The notes under the pieces were generated by a model. That model worked only from the letters and a program-made list of their open reading frames with translations. It ran no database searches and was not told where the DNA came from. Shown here piece after piece: positions 18,068 through 25,531 of a stretch of 40,432 bases of DNA (position 1 is the stretch's first letter; every line of letters begins with the position of its first letter). Source of the stretch: Rubrobacter sp. (GTDB lineage Bacteria; Actinomycetota; Rubrobacteria; Rubrobacterales; Rubrobacteraceae); contig JADDPU010000279.1 in assembly GCA_016781725.1 (NCBI GenBank), forward strand, positions 10,236-50,667, given 5' to 3'. The translations under genes were made by a program, and so were the position numbers.

Positions 18068-18325
18068 TCTCGACCGGCCCAAAGGCGCCGCAGACCCCTC
18101 ATTTGCCCGCTTTATACCCCGTTATCCCTCCCCCCTAGGGATCAGGACCCCTATAAGTGATAGGTGTTTCCGCCGGGGGGCCGGCTCTGAGGGGTGGTTG
18201 GTCGGGGGGTGGGGTATGTCACATGTGGGGTTCGTTTACTGGTGGCCCCCACAACATGTTGGGTCTCGGCGAAATCGCTGGTTGGTTGCCGGGGTTTGGT
18301 AGTAGGTTCGGTGATTCGAGAGGCT

Positions 18326-18402
18326 TGGTGGGCCCACCAGGACTCGAACCTGGGACCGTCCGATTATGAGTCGGATGCTCTAACCAACTGAGCTATGGGC
18401 CC
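18326..18402 (-). tRNA. tRNA-Ile2 (anticodon CAU, lysidine-type)
   Basis: GGGCCCATAGCTCAGTTGGTTAGAGCATCCGACTCATAATCGGACGGTCCCAGGTTCGAGTCCTGGTGGGCCCACCA forms a full cloverleaf with encoded CCA. The G1-C72 pair and the absence of a 3xGC anticodon stem exclude fMet. The overall sequence resembles Ile2 more than elongator Met, but that isotype call is inferred. Confidence 0.9.
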
Positions 18403-18430
18403 TCGCGGGGTACCTGGGTGGTACCGCTAG

Positions 18431-18503
<73 letters not shown>

Positions 18504-18518
18504 AGGTTTGCCGGATCG

Positions 18519-18547
18519 ATTATACGGTGTGGCCGTCCTGGCTTCAA
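18519..18547 (-). promoter_or_regulatory. sigma-A promoter for the tRNA-Asn/tRNA-Ile2 pair
   Basis: TTGAAG-N17-TATAAT ending 15 nt upstream of tRNA-Asn. The -35 overlaps the dnaG stop codon. Confidence 0.75.
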
Positions 18548-21441
18548 GCGCGGGAGGCTACGGCGCGGAGGGCCTCCTTGAGGGTTTGTATCTCGGCCTG
18601 GAGCTCTTCCTTGCGGTCGTAGTCGGGGGTCTCTCGCTTGCCGCGCTCGCGGCTAAGGATCCCGAGCCGCAGCCAGGCCTCCCGGATGGAGGCCTCGGAT
18701 GGATAGAGCTTCTCGCCTCTCGCTGCGAGGGCTCCGATGTGGTCCATCAGCGGCCTGACCCTCTCATCGAGGAGTATGGCGCCAAGGTCGCTCCCTGCGT
18801 GCTCCCGCAGCAAGGCGAAGATACGGGCCTGGGCCTCCTCCCGGAAATCCTCGGTGCGTAGCAGTAAGGGCTCGGTCAGCGCGGGCGCTCGTATCCCCCG
18901 CTGGAGCGCGTCGGTCGCGAGGTCCGGACGGGCCAGGACGAGGGCGAGCACCACGCTCCCCGCCTCCGTGTGCGGATCAGACCGACGGATCCTCCGGGGC
19001 GAGGCTGGTTCGGTGGCCGGCTCCGCCGCCTCCAGGACCGTGGGGCTCACGCCCAGGGCCTCCGTAGCGAGACGCAGGGCTTCGCGGTAGAGGACTGGGT
19101 CTTTGATCTCCTGGATCATGCTCCTCACCTCGGGAACCGCGCGGGAGCGCTCCGTGGCACCCGTGCCGCGGGTGCGCGCGACGATGCGGCGGATGCCGTA
19201 CTCCAAGATCGGTACGGCATCGTCCAACAGCCCGGCGAAATCCTCCGGAGGGTGCTCGATCAGCCAGTCGGCCGGGTCCTCGGGTAGGCGGAGAACCCGG
19301 AGATCCAGCTTCAGCTCCGCGGCGGTCGCCGCCGCCCGCTCTATGGCCTTCTCCCCCGCCGCGTCGGGGTCGAAGAGCACGTAGATCCTGTCCGCGTAGC
19401 CGCTGAGCATCCGCAGGTGACCTGGGGTGGTCGCGGTCCCGAGGGTGGCAACAGCGTTTTTTATCCCCGATTGGTAGAGCATCAGCACGTCGGTGTAGCC
19501 CTCGACCACGAGCGCCGCACGCTCCCTGCGAACCGCCTCAGAGACCTGCGGAAACCCGTAGAGCAGGTCCCGCTTGTTGAAGATCTCCGTCTCGGGAGAG
19601 TTGAGGTACTTGGGCTGGGCGTCGCCCAAGGCCCTGGCACCGAAACCCACGATCCTACCCCGCCGGTCGGAGATGGGGAAGGTGATCCTACCCGCAAACC
19701 GCTCCCCACCTCGCGACGAAACCAGCCCCGCCGCCTCGAGGACCTCACGCTCGAAACCCAGCCTCCTCGCCACTCCCAGAAAACCCGATACCCCCCGCGG
19801 CGGCGCGTAGCCCAGGCGAAATTCTTCTATAGTAGAAAGCTCAAGTCGACGGCCTTCGAGGTAGCGGCGGGCCTGTTCTGCCTCGGGGGACTTGGATTTC
19901 AGGAGGTACTTGTGGTAGTAGACGGCAGCGGCGGCCAGGGCCTTGTGGATCTTCCGGCGGCGATCGGCCCTTGCCTTCGTGGTGGCCGGGTCTCCCCCAC
20001 CCTCGAACTGCAGGTCGACGCCGGACCTTTCGGCCAGGTAGGAGACGGCCTCGGCGAAGTCGAAGGACTTGAGGTCCATGATGAGCTTGATGGCGTCGCC
20101 GCCCCTCTGGCAGTTGTGGGTAACACCCATTTTGGTCAAGAACGTGTGAGAGCCCGTAGTGGTAATGTCGACGACCGTTACGGGCTCTTCTCGGGCAGGC
20201 TCCACCCTCTGTACGATAGAGCAAAAATAGCTCGCGCCATCGATCTCGGCGTAGAAGCCTTTCAGAGATTCCCTGCTGAGTATGTGTAAGGAGTAGGCTT
20301 TTCCATGCCGCACGCCATCCTTGCCGACCCGCTCCGGTATAGACGAGATCGAGCAAATCTTCCCCGTCTGGATGCACAGGCCAAAGATGCCGTAAGCGAG
20401 CTCTTCGGATACCGTGTCGGCCCTGGTCACCCGATCGTTCGTGTAGCCGTCTCCATCAAGATACCCCTCGATAAGGGCTGTCTGGCATTCCGCGGTCCAT
20501 TCCAGCATCTGGGTCGGCACCCTCTTGTGCTCGCATCCGCGTCCGAACCAGTATCCGAATAGGGCAGCAAGGTCCGTACTGGAGCACGTCACCTCGCAGA
20601 GGTTCTTGTCTGGCCTGACGAACTTGGAGCTTGACTTCCCGAATTCCTCATCGAGTATCCGCATGACTCGGGACGCTAGGGTTTCCTCGTGAGCACCAAA
20701 GCTCCACTTGAGCCCACCCCTGTAGAGCGAGCCTTCGACAAGCCAGACGCCATAAAGCCAAGCCGTGCGGGTGTTCGTGTGTAGCTTCTCGACCCGCTCT
20801 GGGCGTGGCCCTTTGGTGTACGGTTTGATCACTTGCCCTCCCAAGAGAGGGGCATCGTTTCGGTCCTCTGCCGAGATCACCGGGTAGAGCCAGAAGTCTC
20901 CACTGCGGACATCCGAGGCGTGATGAGCGGATAGGCGCGGGCCGAGGGTGTTCTTCGTGCGGAGCTTACTGGAGAACCGCAACCCGTCCTTGCCCGAATA
21001 CCGTTTGTGAACCCCAGGGATAGCTCGCAATGCCTCTTCCCGCCTAACGAAGACGCACCAATGGTCCGGGGTAAGCTCGATCCCCTCCTTCGCCGCGCCG
21101 GTCTTGATTCTCAAGGTAGGCCCTGACTTGAACCACTTATCTGTGATGGTCTCGCGGCGTCCGCCGAGACCGATAACCTCGTCGCCGACCTCTGTCGCGG
21201 CTATCGGGATCAGGCCCCTCGACGTCCAGATACGCTCGTTGGCCTCAAGGCACCCGAAACAGTAGTAAAACCCCCGGTCGGGGGCGACGCTGAATGAAGG
21301 GGTCTTCTCCTGATGGTCGGGGTACGGGCAGAGGCCGGCGAAGCGAGCCCCCTGCCGGCGCAGGGCCGTGAACTCCGAGGTCACCTCGACGATGTTCGCC
21401 GCCTCGCGGACCTCCTCTATGCTGCGCTGTGCGATCCTCAA
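18544..21441 (-). CDS. dnaG: DNA primase DnaG precursor containing an intein
   Basis: CHC2 zinc finger (CPYPDH.EKTPSF...YYCFG/C), F..RITFPI..., GFGAR, KYLNSPET, and TOPRIM motifs VEGY.DV, LGTA, FDPD.AG, DPAD. Start is probably TTG 21441 (MRIAQRSIEEVR); the track gives 21471. After removing the intein the protein is about 585 aa, a normal DnaG length. Confidence 0.97.
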   Translation of the reverse strand: MRIAQRSIEEVREAANIVEVTSEFTALRRQGARFAGLCPYPDHQEKTPSFSVAPDRGFYYCFGCLEANERIWTSRGLIPIAATEVGDEVIGLGGRRETITDKWFKSGPTLRIKTGAAKEGIELTPDHWCVFVRREEALRAIPGVHKRYSGKDGLRFSSKLRTKNTLGPRLSAHHASDVRSGDFWLYPVISAEDRNDAPLLGGQVIKPYTKGPRPERVEKLHTNTRTAWLYGVWLVEGSLYRGGLKWSFGAHEETLASRVMRILDEEFGKSSSKFVRPDKNLCEVTCSSTDLAALFGYWFGRGCEHKRVPTQMLEWTAECQTALIEGYLDGDGYTNDRVTRADTVSEELAYGIFGLCIQTGKICSISSIPERVGKDGVRHGKAYSLHILSRESLKGFYAEIDGASYFCSIVQRVEPAREEPVTVVDITTTGSHTFLTKMGVTHNCQRGGDAIKLIMDLKSFDFAEAVSYLAERSGVDLQFEGGGDPATTKARADRRRKIHKALAAAAVYYHKYLLKSKSPEAEQARRYLEGRRLELSTIEEFRLGYAPPRGVSGFLGVARRLGFEREVLEAAGLVSSRGGERFAGRITFPISDRRGRIVGFGARALGDAQPKYLNSPETEIFNKRDLLYGFPQVSEAVRRERAALVVEGYTDVLMLYQSGIKNAVATLGTATTPGHLRMLSGYADRIYVLFDPDAAGEKAIERAAATAAELKLDLRVLRLPEDPADWLIEHPPEDFAGLLDDAVPILEYGIRRIVARTRGTGATERSRAVPEVRSMIQEIKDPVLYREALRLATEALGVSPTVLEAAEPATEPASPRRIRRSDPHTEAGSVVLALVLARPDLATDALQRGIRAPALTEPLLLRTEDFREEAQARIFALLREHAGSDLGAILLDERVRPLMDHIGALAARGEKLYPSEASIREAWLRLGILSRERGKRETPDYDRKEELQAEIQTLKEALRAVASRA
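20113..21252 (-). mobile_element. full-length intein with LAGLIDADG homing endonuclease (380 aa) in the DnaG zinc finger
   Basis: Block A CLEANERIWTSRG, block B ELTPDH (TxxH), endonuclease blocks AWLYGVWLVEGS and ALIEGYLDGDG, block F VVDITTTGSHTFL, block G GVTHN followed by Cys+1. Removing it restores YYCFG|CQRGGD. The DNA is visibly less GC-rich than flanking dnaG. Confidence 0.96.
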
Positions 21442-21455
21442 TCCCCGGGTCCCCG

Positions 21456-21515
21456 TTGTACGAGTGTACAAATATCCTTATCCATCGTGGTCTGGATCGA
21501 GGGTAATGTTACCCT
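21456..21515. promoter_or_regulatory. divergent dnaG/ppc control region with two perfect inverted repeats
   Basis: TTGTAC-gagt-GTACAA (21456-21471) and AGGGTAA-tg-TTACCCT (21500-21515). They overlap -10-like hexamers TACACT (minus strand, 21463-21468) and TAATGT (plus strand, 21504-21509). Confidence 0.55.
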
Positions 21516-21522
21516 AACGGCC

Positions 21523-24345
21523 GTGGATATCCGCGCTCGATCTGTGGAGACGCCGGCGGGGGCCGAGTACGCCGACCTGCCGCCCGGGATCGGCTTCGAG
21601 CCGAAGGACGAGCCGCTGCGGCGGGACATCAACCTCTTGGGGCGGGTCCTGGGTCGGGTATTGCTCGAACAGGAGGGTCCAGACCTCTTCGGCACAGAAG
21701 AGGAGATAAGGCTCCTGTGCAAGCGGCTTCGCACCGACTACGACTCCGGGCTCGAGGAGCGACTCAAGCGGCGCATCGAGGCTTCGAGCCCGGGTGAACT
21801 CCGGAAGATCGTGCGGGCGTTCTCTGCGTACTTCCAGCTCGTCAACATCGCCGAACGATACCACCGGGTGCGCCGGCGGCGGCAGTACGAGTCCTCGCCA
21901 GGCAACCCGCCGCAGCGCGCGTCCATCGCCAGCGCGCTCGCCCGCCTGAAGGGAGAAGGGGTTGGGGCGGCAGAGCTCCAGAGGGTACTCGACGGTATGA
22001 ACGTCGGTCTGGTGCTTACCGCCCACCCGACGGAGGCCTTGCGGCGTAGCGTGCGGCGAAAGCACGTCAGGATCGCGGAGATGCTCGAGGCCCTGGAGTT
22101 TCCGGGCCTTACGTGGAAAGAGCGCCGGCGCCTGGAGGAGGAGCTGGCCGAAGAGATCACAGTCCTCTGGCAGACCGACGAGCTCAGGGTCCGCCGTCCC
22201 GAGGTCGACCAGGAGCTAGAGCGGACGCTGCTCTACTTCGAGAACCCCCTGATCTCGGCAACCCTCGAAGCGTACCGGGAGTTCGAGGATGAGCTGTCGC
22301 GCCAGTTTCCGGAGAGCACCCCGCACCTCGGTCGCGTGCTCGAGTTCGGCTCCTGGGTCGGGGGGGATCAGGACGGCAACCCCTTCGTCGAGCCGGGGAT
22401 GATCGAAGCCGCCCTCCGGCTGCACCGGGAGGTCATCCTGAAGCGGCACCTGAGTTCCGCGCTCTGGCTCGTAGACCACCTGAGCGTGTCGACCAGGATG
22501 ATCGAGGTCTCAAGTGAACTGCGTGGATCGGTCGAGCGCGACGAGCGGCTTATGCCCGAGGTTGCCGAGCGCCACCGCACGGTGGACCCCAACGAGATCT
22601 ACCGCCGCAAGCTGCTCCTCGTCGCCGAGCGTCTGAGGCGAACCCTGGCCGAACCGGGCTCGCCCACCTCCTACGAGAGCGCGGGCGAGTTCGTAGGGGA
22701 TCTGAAGGTAGTTCGCGAAAGCCTTCTCAGACACGAAGGCGGCCGGATCGCCGACAGTGCCCTGCGCGACCTGATCCGGCAGGTCGATGTGTTCGGCTTC
22801 CACCTCGCGAAGCTGGACGTTCGTCAGGAGAGCTCCGTGATAACGCGAACGGTCTCACAGCTGGTGGCCGCGAATACGGGGGTGGACCCGCAGGAGATGG
22901 ACGAGAGCGCCCGGGCCGCACTCTTGCGGAGGCTCTTGGTGGCGCCCGACCCCCTGCCATCCGTCCCGGAAGGCCTCCCCGAAGAGGCCAGCCGGGTCCT
23001 GGAGACCTTCGAGCGTATCCGGCGGTGCGTGGAGGCCTTCGTCGAGCCGCCGGTCGAGACTTTCGTGCTCAGCATGGCCCACCATGCGAGCGACGTCCTG
23101 AGCGTACAGCTTCTGGCCCGGCGCGCCGGGCTGCTCCGGGTGGATGGGAGGGGCACATGCACGGCCAACTACCTCAGGATCACGCCGCTCTTCGAGACCG
23201 TGGAGGACCTTCGGGGGGCGCCCGGGGTGCTGCGAGACCTGCTGGAGGACCCTTTCTACCGCTCTGCGCTCTCACGGAGCGGCGACCTGCAGGAGATCAT
23301 GCTCGGCTACAGCGACTCCGGTAAGGACGCGGGCTACGTCACTAGCAACTGGACCCTCTATAAAGCCCAAAGTATGCTCTCCGCGGTGGCCCGCGAATAC
23401 GGCGTGAGGTTGCGGCTCTTCCACGGGCGCGGCGGCAGCGCGGGACGCGGCGGCGGTCCGAGCTACCAGGCGATCATGGCCCAGCCCGCCCATACTCTCG
23501 ACGGCAGCATCCGCATAACCGAGCAGGGCGAGGTCATCTCGTTCAAGTACAGCATGCGGGGCCTGGCCCGCCGCAACCTGGATACCATCCTGGCCGCCGT
23601 ACTCGAAGCGAGCGCCGGCGACGCCCCCCGCGAACCCGAGGCCCGCTGGGTGGAGGTCATGGAGGGCCTCTCCTCCACGTCCCGCGAGGTCTACCGGAGC
23701 CTGGTCTACGAAGACGAAGGGTTCTTGCGCTTCTTCGCAGAAGCCTCCCCCATCGGAGAGCTCGCCCTACTCAACATGGGCAGCCGGCCGGCGCGCCGGG
23801 CGCAGAACCCGTCGGTCGAGAGCCTCAGGGCTATCCCGTGGGTCTTCGCCTGGACCCAGAACCGCTTTCTGCTCCCGTCGTGGTACGGCGCCGGTAGCGC
23901 GTTCGATGCCTACGCCGCCACGGACGAGGGGCTCGGGGTACTGCGCGAGATGTACGAGGGGTGGCCTTTCTTCCGGACGCTCGTGGACTTTATGCAGATG
24001 ACCCTGGCCAAGAGCGACCTGCGCATAGCCGAGACCTACACGGCGCTGGTCTCGGAGCCGAAAGACAGGGAGAGGTTGTGGAGGAGGATCTCGGAGGAGC
24101 ACGCCTCCTGCGTCGAGGCCGTGCTCCGAATCACCGGCAACCGGGAGCTGCTGGACGAGAGCCCCGTGCTTCAGAGATCCATACGCCTCCGTAACCCCTA
24201 TGTCGACCCACTCTCTTACATCCAGGTAAGCCTGCTGCGCCGGCTCCGCGCGCTCCCCGAAGGGTCACCGGACCGGGAGGCAGTACTCAACACCCTGCTC
24301 CTGACCATCTCCGGCGTCTCCTCGGGGATGCTGAACACGGGCTGA
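21523..24345 (+). CDS. ppc: phosphoenolpyruvate carboxylase
   Basis: VLTAHPTE, GSWVGGDQDGNP, MLGYSDSGKDAG, FHGRGGSAGRGGGP, TEQGE, SLRAIPW, RNPY, C-terminal NTG. The track start (21313) overlaps dnaG, so GTG 21523 or GTG 21544 is more plausible. Confidence 0.96.
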   Translation: MDIRARSVETPAGAEYADLPPGIGFEPKDEPLRRDINLLGRVLGRVLLEQEGPDLFGTEEEIRLLCKRLRTDYDSGLEERLKRRIEASSPGELRKIVRAFSAYFQLVNIAERYHRVRRRRQYESSPGNPPQRASIASALARLKGEGVGAAELQRVLDGMNVGLVLTAHPTEALRRSVRRKHVRIAEMLEALEFPGLTWKERRRLEEELAEEITVLWQTDELRVRRPEVDQELERTLLYFENPLISATLEAYREFEDELSRQFPESTPHLGRVLEFGSWVGGDQDGNPFVEPGMIEAALRLHREVILKRHLSSALWLVDHLSVSTRMIEVSSELRGSVERDERLMPEVAERHRTVDPNEIYRRKLLLVAERLRRTLAEPGSPTSYESAGEFVGDLKVVRESLLRHEGGRIADSALRDLIRQVDVFGFHLAKLDVRQESSVITRTVSQLVAANTGVDPQEMDESARAALLRRLLVAPDPLPSVPEGLPEEASRVLETFERIRRCVEAFVEPPVETFVLSMAHHASDVLSVQLLARRAGLLRVDGRGTCTANYLRITPLFETVEDLRGAPGVLRDLLEDPFYRSALSRSGDLQEIMLGYSDSGKDAGYVTSNWTLYKAQSMLSAVAREYGVRLRLFHGRGGSAGRGGGPSYQAIMAQPAHTLDGSIRITEQGEVISFKYSMRGLARRNLDTILAAVLEASAGDAPREPEARWVEVMEGLSSTSREVYRSLVYEDEGFLRFFAEASPIGELALLNMGSRPARRAQNPSVESLRAIPWVFAWTQNRFLLPSWYGAGSAFDAYAATDEGLGVLREMYEGWPFFRTLVDFMQMTLAKSDLRIAETYTALVSEPKDRERLWRRISEEHASCVEAVLRITGNRELLDESPVLQRSIRLRNPYVDPLSYIQVSLLRRLRALPEGSPDREAVLNTLLLTISGVSSGMLNTG

Positions 24346-24384
24346 CCAGGCGAGCAGACCTCTCCCTAGGGGCCCCGGGTTGCC

Positions 24385-24520
24385 CCCGGCCTCGGCGGGC
24401 CGGAGCCCGCAACCCTCGTAGAAGCTCCGCAGGTGCGGCTCGAAGTCTACGCGCAGCCAACGCCAGAGGTAGGCTCACGCGGTAGATCACCTCCGGCTCG
24501 TCGCGGCGCTCTCCGGTCAG
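24385..24520 (-). pseudogene. GNAT acetyltransferase remnant (internal deletion)
   Basis: 24385-24459 translates WLRVDFEPHLRSFYEGCGLRPAEAG, which resembles the C-terminus of a common actinobacterial GNAT family (WLHVDFEPHL..FY...GF.PT.AG). It is joined out of frame to an N-terminal-like piece (EPEVIYRVSLPL). Recognised from memory, not by a search. Confidence 0.6.
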
Positions 24521-24547
24521 GGCGCCTCACCCCATCCGGCGCTGCCC

Positions 24548-25531
24548 TTAGGCGAAGATCTCACCCCGGGGCAGGAAGAGCCGCCTGTAGGTCGCCAGGG
24601 CGTAGCGGTCGGTCATGCCCGCCACGAAGTCCACGGTCTCGGTGATGGGATCCCGGTCGCTCGCCGCCCGCTCCTCGGGACGCTCGAGGTAGTACTCGAA
24701 GAGCGCCGCGACTACACCCGACGCCTTCCGAGTCTCAAGCGAACTCGAATCGTGGTACACGTTGCGAAAGAGCCACGCCCTGAGCTCCATGAGCGCCTCG
24801 TAAACCTCGTCGGAGAGGGATATCTCACCCTTTCTCTCGGAGGTAGAGATCATGTCCCGAACCAGCGTGTCTATCCTCACGCTCATCTTCTCACCAAGCA
24901 CGGAGAGCGGACCTGTGGGTAGGTCCTCCCGGGCGATGATCCCGGCCCGCAGCGCATCATCCACGTCGTGGTTCACGTAGGCTATCCGGTCGGCGACGCG
25001 CACGATCTCCCCCTCGCGCGTCGAAGGATAACCCTGTCCTGTATGGTTACGTATCCCATCTCTAACCTCGAACGTTAGATTTAGTCCTTCTCCTCCTCGC
25101 TCCAGGTGGTCTACTACGCGCAGGGAGTGCTCGTTGTGGCGGAAGACGCGTCCGTGGGCGGCGAGGACGCGGGAGAGGGCTTCCTCGCCGGTATGGCCGA
25201 AGGGGGTGTGGCCGAGGTCGTGGCCGAGGGCTATGGCCTCGGCGAGGTCTTCGTTGAGGTCGAGGGCGCGGGCTATCGTACGGGAGATTTGCATCATCTC
25301 CAGGGTGTGCGTAAGGCGGGTGCGGAAGTGGTCGCCGTCGGGGGCTATGAAGACCTGGGTCTTGTGCATGAGGCGCCGGAAAGCCTTCGCGTGGATTATG
25401 CGGTCCCGATCGCGCTGGAAATCATTTCTTACCCCGTCTGACGGTTCGGGCCTCGGGCGTCCGGCGCTCTGCTCGACGGCCCAGGGAGCCGGTCTCAGGC
25501 GTGAGGTCTGGCCGTGCCCCGGGTCGCTCAT
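24548..25531 (-). CDS. dgt: deoxyguanosinetriphosphate triphosphohydrolase-like HD protein
   Basis: FQRDRDRI.H..AFRRL.HKTQV, RTRLTH, HDLGHTPFGH.GE, AD.IAY.NHD, D.VAGMTD. Confidence 0.93.
   Translation of the reverse strand: MSDPGHGQTSRLRPAPWAVEQSAGRPRPEPSDGVRNDFQRDRDRIIHAKAFRRLMHKTQVFIAPDGDHFRTRLTHTLEMMQISRTIARALDLNEDLAEAIALGHDLGHTPFGHTGEEALSRVLAAHGRVFRHNEHSLRVVDHLERGGEGLNLTFEVRDGIRNHTGQGYPSTREGEIVRVADRIAYVNHDVDDALRAGIIAREDLPTGPLSVLGEKMSVRIDTLVRDMISTSERKGEISLSDEVYEALMELRAWLFRNVYHDSSSLETRKASGVVAALFEYYLERPEERAASDRDPITETVDFVAGMTDRYALATYRRLFLPRGEIFA

Noticed and set aside
18105-18135. DnaA-box-like TTATCCCTC / TTATACCCC suggesting a replication origin
   Set aside because: Each has two or more mismatches to TTATCCACA, there is no box cluster or AT-rich unwinding element, and no dnaA/dnaN context.
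18070-18325. Prophage or genomic-island attachment site at the tRNA 3' ends
   Set aside because: No integrase, and I did not see a duplicated tRNA 3' fragment in the window.
18326-18402. CAU tRNA as initiator or elongator tRNA-Met
   Set aside because: It has a paired G1-C72 and no three consecutive G-C pairs in the anticodon stem, so it is not fMet. The overall sequence resembles Ile2 more than elongator Met.
24377-24415. Rho-independent terminator after ppc
   Set aside because: A GC hairpin is present but has no U-tract on either strand and lies within the GNAT remnant, so it was not called as a feature.
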